From Trichodelitschia bisporula (taxonomy: Eukaryota), in assembly GCA_010356995.1 (NCBI GenBank), contig ML996694.1, forward strand, positions 185,224-249,223: 64,000 nt of DNA. Reading direction: 5' to 3'. This document shows positions 23,803 to 34,993 of the stretch, one piece after another. Under the pieces are notes generated by a model. The model had not been told where the DNA came from, searched no databases, and worked only from the letters and a program-made list of their open reading frames with translations. Position numbers and translations under genes: made by a program. The stretch's first letter is position 1. Every line of letters starts with the position of its first letter.

Positions 23803-25438
23803 CTATGACACCAGAGCGCGCTCACTCTCCAGCGCCCCCCTCACACCCCGCACCACATACACCACCCCACCAACCGCCAGCACCACGACCACGACAGCAG
23901 CCTGCACTGGGGCAAATAGCGCGCCACGCACGACCACCGCACCGCTGACGATGCAGAACACGAGCGGCACGACGACGGGCACGCGGTACGGGCGCTGCAG
24001 GCGCGGTTCGCGCACGCGCAGGACGAGATCTGCGAGGACGGTGAGGAAGAAGAAGGCATACTCTGTCAACCCGTCCAGCGTGACGAGGGTGCGGAACGTG
24101 CCGAGCAGGATATACCCAGACGATAGGAGGGTGGTCAGGAGGAGCGCGTTGATAGGCGCGTCGTGCGCCGGCGTCACGGCGGGATCGGAAGGCTGGGTGC
24201 CGAAGATACTCCCGATGCGGCCCAGCGCTTGCGGGAACCAGTTGCGCCCCGCGGCGGCGACGGTGATACGGCCTGCGACGAAGAGGTTCCCGGATAGGGA
24301 GCCAAGGATGACGATGACGATTAGGCAGGCGGTAATCAGGGCGGGGATCGGGCCGAGGAGGGATTTGATTGCGTTCTGCGGGTATTAGGCTAGATTGAGT
24401 TGGTGGTTGGGGGGCGGGGGAGACGCACCACGGCAATAGCGTCCGTCATCCCGACCTCCGCCCATGGCAGCAGCACATAGTACGCTGCGTTAACAGCGAC
24501 ATAGCACGCCGCCACAGCCGGCAGCGCCGTGTTCAGCGCGAGGGGCAATTGCCGTGCTGGGTCGCGGAGCTCGCCCGCGACGTAGTTAGCCTACGCATAT
24601 CAGTTTCAGTTCTTCCCCCATCGCAGTGTCGTGAACGCACCTTATCCCACCCCGCATAAGCCCACAGCGCGCCATACACCCCCGCCGAGTACCTTCCCAA
24701 CCCCTCCCACCACCCGATCTTCGCCCAGTCGATCGTGCCGCCGGGCGTGATGCTCGGCCTTTTTGCGAACCAGTTACGCCGGTACCAGTCGTCGCCGCCG
24801 ATGCCGCCCCGGCCCGGGTGCACTATGTGGGCGAACACGACGCCCAGCCCGGCGAGGACGAGCAGGGTTATAGTTAGGGCTTTGGCGGCGAGGAAGAAGG
24901 TGCTTAGGCGATTGCTTAGGCTCGTGCTCACGGCGTTTGCCCCCGCGACGAGCAGCACCACGCCGATGGCGGCGAGTTTCTCAGCCCAGAGGGGCGCGCC
25001 GCCGAGGGCCTGGGCCACACTCTCTGCGAACACGAGCGCGAGGATCGCAGCCGTGGCGGGCATGACGATCGTCGTGAACGCCCATGCCGCCGCGAAGCCG
25101 ACGGCGTCGCCGTACGCGTGCCGCAGGATGGGTTGGATGCCGCCTGCGGACGGGAAGGTGGTGCCTAGGCTGGCCATGGTGGCGGCGCCGGTCCAGGCTA
25201 GGAGGCCGCCTAGGAGCCAGACGGAGAGGGCGAGGGCGGGGGAGGGGACGTTGGTGTCTATTGCGGCGGGGGAGGCGAAAATGCCGCTACCGATTATGAT
25301 GCTGATTAGGAGGGCGAAGGCGTTGAGGGTTGTTAGGGTTGGTTTGAAGATGCTGGGGGGAGAGGGGGGGCGCGGGGGTGGGAGGAGGGGGCTAGATTCG
25401 GAGAGAGAGGGTATTGTTGATGGGAGATGGGATGCCAT
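23803..25438 (-). CDS. L-type amino acid transporter (APC/LAT, Mup1/Mup3-like)
   Basis: IIIGSGIFASP TM1 motif, LWAYAGWD, many TM helices, C-terminal LRVREPRLQRPYRVP; introns near 24590-24640 and 24380-24430. Confidence 0.92.
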
Positions 25439-26501
25439 TATTGGAATTCTGAAGCTTTTGGCGGTGGAAGACTTGAGGTTGGGGATGAAGTTGATATGGG
25501 TTCGCGGTCCGATATCGCGATATATTCCTTGTATGGCGTCAACTGGGGTTCTCTTGAAGAGGAGACAAACAGCTAGACTTCAGATTTTGATAGAAGATTA
25601 TCGAGATGATACTATAACGCGGTAAAGAAGGCAATTGAACGATAGAGATGCTGTTGATGTCAGAAGAGAAGTTGGCGATAAGGTGGCTCGGCTAAGCTTT
25701 GGTGGCGAGTTTGATGTGTCGCATGGTATCGGCCAGGAAATTTTCCGGTGTCGCGTGCTCCGCTCAGCCTTAAATGATGCATTATGAGTACATACTACGG
25801 TACAAGTAAAAGATGCTGAAGCTCGGGATCTATGTCGAGCCGATGAGATGGAGATGGAGTTGCACAGAAGCCGTTGAACCTCGTCAAAATGATGATGTCG
25901 ACTACCGATACTCGGCAATTGAAGACAGCCGGCAAACCACGTCGACACTGATCATCCAGCTCCATCCCCTTCACCATCTACCTCCCATCTTCGGAACCAC
26001 CTCTGATAATACTACCTAGCCGAGTCAACTTCCATCTCGAGCATTCCCCTTCCCTCAGAGGCGCACCGATAACTCGCGGCCCTTGCAAAGTTGTGGTACC
26101 TTCAGGGTGAGGCTGGATTAACACCAGCTGGTCGTCATCAGGCGATATGAGTTAGGTCTATGTTTCTAAACCAACGTCGATATAAAGACAAATGCCAGTG
26201 GTTCAATTCCAAATTCGATAACGACGTTGACTGCTCAATGATCTCGACGTTGAAATCCCGTGATCAGTAATGCCTAAGGCATCATTAGCTTTTACCCCTG
26301 CGCAAGTCCAACGCCGAAGCCAAGAGCCCAGGTGTCCTCTCCTCTCTCCATCAACCTCGCGACACCTCCACGACTCCAACTTCACCACACGATCACACTT
26401 CCATCACGAATTGTCCCCGTCACCTCCGGCATTGAACGCCAATCCTATCCCATCTCACCCTCCAAATACACACCTCCAAAAGCACCCCCCTAACCGCAGC
26501 C

Positions 26502-26541
26502 ATGGTCAGTCCTCACCCCCCCCCCCCCCCCCCCCCCCCCC

Positions 26542-26640
<99 letters not shown>

Positions 26641-26997
26641 TGGCGTCCAAACCCCCTCCAGCAGCACCAGCCGGACCCTCTCCCCCAAGCCCCCCGGCGG
26701 TCCCGCCACCGCCCTCCGCCGCCGCGCCGCCGCCGACCTCAAAGACCGGGCTGCAAATGCGCGGCCGGCGAGCACGCGCGCGGCCGGCGCGGGCGGCAGC
26801 AGCAGCACCATGTTGAAGCTGTACACCGATGAGAGCCCCGGGCTCAAGGTCGATCCTGTGGTTGTGTTGGTGCTGAGTGTCGGGTTTATTATCTCTGTTG
26901 TTGCGCTGCATGGTGAGTGGTCTTTGAGAATGTCGGGAGGGGTGGGGCTAACTGGGAGCTAGTGATGGCAAAGGTTTCGAAGAGGTTCTTTGCGTAG
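26502..26997 (+). CDS. SBH1: Sec61 translocon beta subunit
   Basis: [40 protein letters not shown] then GTCAGT intron obscured by a ~125 nt poly-C; second intron ~26913-26962. Confidence 0.93.
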
Positions 26998-27185
26998 AGG
27001 GGGGGTGTGGGAAGATGTGGAGGGCAAGGTGTGAGGGGAGGATGTGAGGGGAAGATGTGGGCGTTTGCCTGGAAAAGCTGAGGAGTGGTTACGTGTACAT
27101 TATGGGCTGCGCAGTGTGCATCGTTGGGCGCGTTCTAGTGTCTGCTAAAGGAGTTCCGTTACGCTGTCGTCTAAACGCATCGTGT

Positions 27186-30015
27186 CTACGCCCGCCACCC
27201 CTGGACAAAGCCATGCAACCGATCAATCACAACCGGCATCACCGCACTCACACTATCCGCAATCAGCGCCTCGAACCCGCGAATCGCCTCCTCCTCGCTC
27301 AAATCGAGATGAAACCGCTCCTGCACCTTGAGCACCACCTTATCCGGCTCGATCCTGATATCCGGGATATTGGCCTCGCTCATCAGAGCGAACAGATTGA
27401 GAATCAGGTTCGCGCTCTTCCGCAACGATGCGTACGCTGTGTAACAATGCTGCTTGAACAGCGCATAGTACGCGTGTCCCGCGCCCCCCATCCCCTCCAC
27501 CATCTCCCTCGCAAGCTTCATAAGCGGCGCGAAGGGCTTCGGGTCCCGACCCAGAATGTACCCGAAATCAGCGTGGAAGAAATGCCCACTCGGCGCCAGG
27601 AGCAGGTTGTCCAAATGTCGGTCTCCGACGCCGAGGAGATATGTGATGACGCAGTAGCCGGCGCAGGACTTGACGTACGTCTCCATGACCTCCTTCCTTA
27701 CGCCGAGCGGGGCCGATTCATCCGGATTGTGGTGCTTGAGGTATGCGAGGAGGGTTTTGTGCTTGGTGAGTGCGGCGGAGAGGGAGGCGCTGGGCACGAA
27801 TTGCATAGCGCCCGCATGGGGCGCGGTGGCGAGGACGCGGAAGGGCGTGAGCTTTAGATCCAGATTCTCTTTGCGCAGGAGCCGGTCCATCAGCGTTATG
27901 ATCTGGATCACGAGCTGGTCCTGCCGTAAGTCGTCGCCGGTTTTGAATATCACGGGGTATGTGCGCCCCGTGCTGGTTTTGAAGTTTAGAAGAAGGGGCA
28001 GGAGGGAGGATTTGAAGACGTTGGCTTCGTCGGGGGTTATGCCCGTGATTTGGACGCTGGGGTCGAGGGGGAGGGGGAGGGGGTCGAAGGAGAGGAGTTC
28101 GTTTTTGGGCTCAGCGATGAAGCGCTTCAAACGCTCGATTTTGCGGGGTCGGTCTTCGCGTGAGGTTGCGATGTCGCGGGATAGCTTGGTTAGCACGGCG
28201 ACGAGCTCGCCCTGGCGCAGGAGGGTTTTGCGGTACTCCGGCCCGCCGGGTTGGCGCTCTAGCTCAGCCATGAAGTCGAATTCCACCTTCGCGAAGAGCT
28301 TGCGCGACGCCGGGTCCTGCTGCGGCGTGCGGTCGTCGCATTCCACCATCAGATACCAGTGCAGATAGTTCCCGAGGGTGAAGTTAGCGGCCGCCCTTTT
28401 GATGAGGAAGGTGGCGAGCGAGGAGTCCGTCGCAGCGGGGTCTTCATCCGGCGGACGTTCGAATTTGAGTGCTTGTACTAGTTGTAATAGGTAGAGCAGC
28501 AACTCGTCGTCATCCGACTTGTGCAAGCGCTGGACGGCGAAGGCCCGCACGGCGGGGTTGTTAAACGTGGGGCCGAGGAGCTCGAGGGCATCGTCGACGT
28601 CGATTTCGGTCCATTTGGCGAGGACTTGCACGGCCTGTCGGGCTTCGCTCTGGTCGGACCAGGAGACGGATCGGACGAACTTGGTGAGGGCGTGTTTGTC
28701 GCGGGTGAGGTAGTGGCGGAATTTCCAGATGAGGTCTTTCTCTTCTGGATTGAGTTCGTGGAGGGGGCCGTACGAGACGAGGAGCTGAAGACATTAGATA
28801 CGAATGGCCAAAAATGAGATGCACAGCTAGCTTACGTTTAATTCATCGCGGATCTTCGCGTTGGGCTTCAGGTCTCGGTCCAGCACGCCGGTACGGTGGC
28901 TGCGGACAAGCCGGCGGTGCTTGTTCTCGGCGGGGTTGTCCCGCATGCCGACTTCGGGGTCGTAGATGCGGACCAATCGACCGATGCTGGCGTCCCCGTA
29001 GCCTTCGCCTATTCCGGGACCAAAGGAAACTTCTGGCGGCGGCTTTAATCGCACATCAGACGACGACGCTGTAGCGACGGATGAGAGGGGAGGTGCCGGG
29101 TATTCATGGTCAGTGAAGACGATGGGATGGTCGAAGCGCGGGAATTCAATATATAGGTAGAAAATACCATCGTCCGCCTCATTGTTGGTTGCCTCGTTGT
29201 CCCCACCACCGTTTGCCCCGTTCTCGGCTGGGAACAGCACCTTGTTCTTGAAACTTCCGCGCTGAAGCTTCTCGATTTGGCGGAACACCAGCTGGTCGAG
29301 CCACTTGTTCTCCGGGATTTCGCCCATCTCATGCTTCTTCATTAACGTCTCAAGCCGCTCCATCTCAGCAGCGCGCGCATCGAGCTGCTCGGTGATCGAC
29401 TTGCTACCGCGCTGCTTCTTGGCAGAGATAACGTGAGGCGTCGTGGAAGAAGACAGCCCATCGGCGGCGCGATGGCGATGCAGCCGACATCTCTGTCTAC
29501 CTTTGTGGAGGGTGTTGTCTTTGTCAAACAGTGGGATGGTAGTGCCGCCAAACGGGACGGCATGGAAGTGAGAACCCTCGCCGCCGGCGGGTGACAGGTC
29601 CCACACGGTAAGCGCGAGCAGTGAGTCGAGCGGGACATTTGCGTAGTTGATGGGCAGAGTCAGCCACTCGCCCCACGTACGCGAGTTTTTGAAGACCTTG
29701 TAGGCCGTTTGGACGGGTACGGTCAAGGGCTTGCTGTCTGCCCAGAGGCGTGCCGTGACATAGAGCTCCGAGTGCGGACTACATGGTTAGAATAGACATC
29801 GAATGATTTCTGGGCGGTACCTTTGGTTGGAGCCCTTGTATCGCAATTCAGGATGCTCTATTAAGGTTGAGAAAGGGATGGGCTTTTGGAAGCCGTCAAG
29901 AGAGTTGCTTTATAGTCAGCCGAGCTACGCATGACAAAGCTGAGGGATGGACAAACATCTTGACACTCACGGGGATTTTGAGGGCCGAGGAGCTGGCAAA
30001 CGAGAAGGATTCCAT
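27186..30015 (-). CDS. VPS34: Phosphatidylinositol 3-kinase class III
   Basis: MESFSFASS start, C2 domain, PIK helical domain (LLYLLQLVQALKFE), kinase KTGDDLRQDQL, GVGDRHLDN, HADFG; three short introns. Confidence 0.97.
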
Positions 30016-30610
30016 CTTATTTGCTATCTAGACATGACAAAAGACCAACAACGGTGAGAAACAGAGAGGAGTCGAGACATATATGAGTTGAGATTGAGGT
30101 TGACTTGGCCTTGTGATGTCTCGTGCTGCCTCAGGCCGTCCCAGCCGTTTAGAGCTGACGGCTTGGAACATTCTTGGCAGGTAGGTGAGTCAGCAAACGC
30201 GACAGCACGTGACAGACGCGAGAACTTGGCGAAGCTGACTCCTTGACCTTGTCTTCTCGCAAAGCATGAGCCACGGCTCCGCCTCTATCGTGCTTGCTTC
30301 GTCTCATTCTCGCCGTCGCTGCCTTTTTCACTGCCCACGACGTCACAGCCAGTCGCTCCTACCGCTTTATCCTGAGCTAGATGCGACTTCCTTTAACTCC
30401 CATTGACCCTTCCCACTTTGCCCACCTCCTCATTCGTCCCTTCCTTTGTCTGGCCCTCCCCTTTCCGCTTACATCATCGGCCCAAGAACGTCGTTTCCCT
30501 CCGGAGCTTCACACACCTTCCGTCTCGTCTCCCCACCCCCCTCCCTCGCGCCTTCCCGTCCCAACAACAAGGACCCCGTTTACATCTCATCTCATCAGAG
30601 ATAAGCCATC

Positions 30611-32072
30611 ATGGCTCGGGCAAACGTCGGGGCACCTGCCTCGCGAAGCACCACTGGTGAACTGTACCGCGACCGCACCCCGACTTCGTCACCTGGCGCG
30701 CCGTTTTCGTCCGACAAGGAAAATAGACCCCACTCGCGCCCGCGCACTAGCAAAGCTATGGGCAAGCAGCGCAAACTCGCGACCCCGAGCTCGAACGAGT
30801 CGGGCTCGCCGCACGGTGCTAAGCGGCGTCGCACCAGCAACTCCAACGCGAAGGGCACCGAGGAAATGGATGATCTAGGGAAAAAATACTACGATCCTGA
30901 GCAAGATCCGGAGGTGCGGCGCAAGCTACGCCTTGCTCTGCGCCAGAATGACCGCGAGATTACTGGTATGTGTTTCTCGGGCCTAAAAGGACGCGACTGA
31001 CGAGCAGATACCCGCGATGATCTTATCAACGGCGACAGCCGTAACCTCGTCAGCCTCATCAAAAAGCAAAATCACTTGATGAACGAGGTGCGGCAGACGT
31101 CCGATGCAACGATAGACTCTCGCTTCCTCGTGCGTGCATCCGACATCGCGCTCAAGCGGGCCGAGCGCCTGGCATATGGTGACGGGTCCATCGGGATTGA
31201 CGTTGACGAATTCGTCTCCAAGTGCATTACGTTCATGCGGCATGGGAACTCGGGGCACGGAAACTCAGATGCAGCCCCAACCCAGTCCACGCAGTCCCGC
31301 CGTCGCCGCACTCAAGCCGCTGACGAGGATGACGAGGATGCCGGTGATGCGTTGGCGTGGGACGTACTCGGTGCTAGCGCCTGCTTCCCGAACAACAAGC
31401 GTCCTGGCCTGCCCGCTTTCCTGCTCGGCCCTATGTCGGTGCAGAAGCGCGTGCGCGCCGCCACGCAGCGCACGCAGCGCTCCCAGGCCGCCGCTGTCAC
31501 AAAACCGCAGGAGTTGAAGGCTGCTGATCTGGAGAAAAGCGAGACTACGAATCTAACGGTCCAATGCAAGAAGATCCGGTCACTCCTGGGGAATGTGATT
31601 GAAAAGGGCATGGCTGGCGTCGAGCAGGAAGCCAGCGAAGACATGGACGAGGAAGAGGCACGGTCTGTTTTCCGCCGCAATCACCTCGCTATGAATTACG
31701 AAGTGTCGCTCTTCGAATTTGCCGTGAACCCGCGCAGCTTCGGGCAGACGGTTGAGAATCTGTTTTATATCAGTTTCTTGATCAAGGACGGGTATTTCAA
31801 GCTGAGCATGGACGACGACGGGCTGCCCACGCTTCGTAAGTCTTTTCAATATTTTTACGGAGACTAGGCTGACAGGACTAGGGCCTAGCGAACCGCGCAA
31901 GGCAGGCGATGGAGGTGAAGGAGGCGACGGGGCCGCGAAACACCAAGCAATCTTCAGCGTCAACTACGGAACCTGGCAGAAACTGATACGCGCGCTCGAC
32001 ATCCAGGTATCTCTGATCCCGCATCGGGCGTCCGAGGGAACCGCAATGAACAGCCACGGATGGTACGGTTAG
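30611..32072 (+). CDS. NSE4: Smc5/6 kleisin subunit Nse4
   Basis: YYDPEQDPEVRR, VRQTSDATIDSR, FAVNPRSFGQTVENLFYISFLIKDG; introns ~30966-31007 and ~31836-31881. Confidence 0.93.
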
Positions 32073-32445
32073 GCGTAGGAATCGTGACGAACGGGGATGC
32101 TGTGCCCGAGGCGAAGAAGGTGTGGGAGATAGCGTCCTGGCATTTGTGTTAGATGTTTGAGCATGTCAACGGTGTAATGGCGGCGTTTTGCGTTCCGGGG
32201 CGTTATGGTCCGGTGTACGAGGCGCGATTCTCGCTCTAGCGGTGTTGTTATTGTACGGAATGTTAGATTTCTGCGGTAGTGCTGGTGGTCGGGATACCGG
32301 CTATTTCTATTCCTATTCCAACCCTTGGTGCATATTTTCAACTGAGCGGCTTTGCAGGACCGAAGGACATGTGCGTATGGTGAAGCGAACACGACGTCTA
32401 ACCGGCTAAGCAAATACGAGTTTCAGCGCTAACAAGCATCGAATA

Positions 32446-32554
32446 GGCAACGTGGCGGAGTGGTTAACGCGCTGCCCTGCTATATCCGATCCCTTCCCGT
32501 TCGGCTTGTAAGGCAGTTCCTTCGGGAGCGTAGGTTCGAATCCTGCCGTTGTCG
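32446..32554 (+). tRNA. tRNA-Ser(GCT) with 28 nt intron
   Basis: Acceptor stem GGCAACG/CGTTGTC, D arm TGGCGGAGTGGTTAACGC, anticodon stem CTGCC/GGCAG with GCT at 32479-32481, intron 32483-32510, long variable arm TTCC-TTCG-GGAG, GGTTCGAATCC, downstream T-run terminator. Confidence 0.96.
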
Positions 32555-32615
32555 ATACTTCTTTTTGTCTTTTTGACCGGAGTATGAGTGCCGGGGGTAG
32601 GTGTACAGGGGTTTG

Positions 32616-32841
32616 TGATGTAGACACGCACGGCATGGAAGGAGCATTGCTATGTCAGGAAGGGGCATACTTATCTAAGGAAGGCACATGATGTAATGTG
32701 CTCATGGCTAAGGCAAGGAGCATTGAAGGGCACCGTGTATATATTCCGAGACTCTCTGACTCTCTGACTCTCTTTGGCTTCTACTTCAGTCTTCACTTTG
32801 CACAGTTGCCGTTGCACATGATAGAGCATTTGCTCCCGTCA
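32616..32841 (+). mobile_element. Solo LTR family A, best-preserved copy
   Basis: 226 bp, TG...CA termini (TGATG...CGTCA), perfect 5-bp target-site duplication GTTTG on both sides, internal TATATA; four further copies in the window. Confidence 0.88.
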
Positions 32842-33044
32842 GTTTGGGCCTCACATTTTTTGTAGGTACTTTTCACATTGCATGCAGACGAAAGCAGACA
32901 GCCTCTTTCGAAGACGATGAATTGCTGTGATGTTGTTTTAGGATTAGTGTGAGTCCGCTGGGTTAGCATCTCCTATTATGTGCATCCCCTCTACCGCATC
33001 GTTACTACAACCGGTGGTCCGTCGGTCGCCGAGAAAATGGGAAC

Positions 33045-33812
33045 TTAGATCAGCACCCAGTCCTTTGTAAGGTCCCAACGACTGGAACTAATAGTAGTAG
33101 TTTTAGGGAATATATCCCTTTCCCAGACCAACCCACCTCCTTTTACCCCAGAGCACCGCGTGAACAGCACCACCTCCTGCACTGGGCACTTACACTTGCA
33201 CCTGCACCACCTACCAAAATGGTCGGACGCGCAAGTAAATGGACCATCCTTAGTCCATATACTCGAGCAGTGCATGCACCACCAGCCCCTGATGCGGTAC
33301 CACTCGCGGCTAGCGAGTTTATTGGCATGCATGTAGTAGGGGTGGAACATGCGCTGCCGCGCGTGCCTCGCGCACACTACTCCGCCCGGAATCTCGACCA
33401 TCGCGCCCGCCTCTTCGTTGACGAAGAAGGGCAGCAACAGGGGCGCGCCCGGGAGGAGCGGGGCCAGCAAAGGCCGGTGCATTTGGCACAGAAAGCACCA
33501 CCGCGTTGTGCGGGGTGTCCGGCCGAAGGCGCCCCAGATGGTTTCATAGATTTTCATGCCGCACCACGTGAATAGGCGGAGAGCGGGGGTGGGGGAGATC
33601 CGGATGTATAGCGTCTGGGAGGAGAGGGCGAGGACTAGGCGGTTGTGGTCCGCCAGCTGGGAGAGGATCAGGTTCATGATCTCTCCTGGGACCCGGAGGA
33701 TCCCTGGGACGTCCGGGTCCCTGGCCGTAATGGGCCGATAGGTATAGCGGCCATCCGTGGGCTCGGGACCCGTGGGCGTTGTTGAGCCATCTGAACTGCC
33801 GTCGTACGACAT
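33045..33812 (-). CDS. F-box-like protein with Cys-rich C-terminus
   Basis: Intronless 255 aa ORF; ILRVPGEIMNLILSQLADHNRLVLALSSQTLY resembles an F-box; CxxC pairs and CRCKCKC at the C-terminus. Confidence 0.6.
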   Translation of the reverse strand: MSYDGSSDGSTTPTGPEPTDGRYTYRPITARDPDVPGILRVPGEIMNLILSQLADHNRLVLALSSQTLYIRISPTPALRLFTWCGMKIYETIWGAFGRTPRTTRWCFLCQMHRPLLAPLLPGAPLLLPFFVNEEAGAMVEIPGGVVCARHARQRMFHPYYMHANKLASREWYRIRGWWCMHCSSIWTKDGPFTCASDHFGRWCRCKCKCPVQEVVLFTRCSGVKGGGLVWERDIFPKTTTISSSRWDLTKDWVLI

Positions 33813-34879
33813 GCTGCTCGCTCTGCTCTTGAATATGTATCAGCTCTGTAAGTTATAAGTTGAACTCAAGAACCGGAGAATCTGAATATCAGGGACTGAG
33901 AACCCGGAATTGGAAGCTCAGTGCTAGAAGTTCAGATCTCGAGGTGTGGGCGACGAACTGAAGAGACGCGGGGCGCATGGCATTTAAGGCCTTTGGACAG
34001 CGCCATGAGTGAGGGGATTTCATAGACAGTGAGCCCATCTGTCCTCAGACTGCGAGGTCGTGATGCCCATCTCCAGCCAGCGAGTGAGCCCGGGAGTGAG
34101 GCCGTGAACCGCATCTCACACCGATGTGAGTCCTGGGTGGGTGGATGTGAGCAGCCAGCATTATACATAGCCATTACTCTCAGCGGCCCAACCGTGAGCG
34201 TCTAGCCATCCTACGATGCAAACCTAGGTCAGCCATTGATCTACGGTATGATACGTGAGAGTTGCTTACCTGAGCCCAGTTGACTGTGGACGCTCCACAT
34301 TAACCACCAAAAGCCGAAGAACGCCTCGTCCTATATTTCCCACCCACAGGCCGTACATGAACGGCGTTTGTACAGAAGCGTAATACGAGTATAGAGTTCC
34401 TTGCGGCAGTCTGCACGTTCGGTTGGTCGCTTGATGACCTTAGTATATAAGTTCGATCTGCCGGTGTCTTACCGATCTTTAAGCTCAGTCAAGAAGTCGG
34501 AGAGCATTGCCGTATGAATACTTCATCAGCCGCGAGCTTAAGACAGTGTCAGGCAGGAGGCCCTCTGAGGTTGTCTAGCATCTGACAGTTGAGTGTTTCA
34601 AGCTTTCCTGGTCAGACAAGGTTAGTCACGATAGGATAGAATAATGAATATCCACAAAGGACCGCCCCGGGGGGGGTTTCTACTGCGAGCTAGATCTGAC
34701 ATCAAGGTTGCTTTTTTCTAGCAGGGTGTCTTTGGCGAGATCTCCTAGAACGGTTCGAGGTCGTCAAGCTGGGTTGAAAGTGGCAGCGACATCAAGACTG
34801 CGCTGAGTGAAGTGTAACGACGAAAATTAAACGCGGAGGTGCGGTTGTGCGTCGGGTGTCTTGAGGCTCAGCTGCAGGG

Positions 34880-34993
34880 TGACGTTGACATGGAAGGAGC
34901 ATGGTTGTGCCAGGAAGGAGCAAAGGAGGATACTTGGCATCGCGTATTTGACTCTCTTCCTCTCTTCCTCGCTTCGTCTTTACTTCAATCATC
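34880..34993 (+). mobile_element. Solo LTR family A, internally deleted/truncated copy
   Basis: TGACGTTGACATGGAAGGAGCA...GGAAGGAGCAAAGGAGGATACTTGGCAT; the latter block is identical to the reverse complement of part of 55148-55359. Confidence 0.72.

Noticed and set aside
20687..25438. Secondary-metabolite cluster around the P450
   Set aside because: No PKS/NRPS/terpene backbone gene or cluster transcription factor; neighbours are housekeeping genes.
26516..26640. Poly-Pro/poly-Gly ORFs from a ~125 nt poly-C tract
   Set aside because: The tract lies in SBH1 intron 1 and masks its branch site and acceptor; probably a homopolymer assembly artefact.
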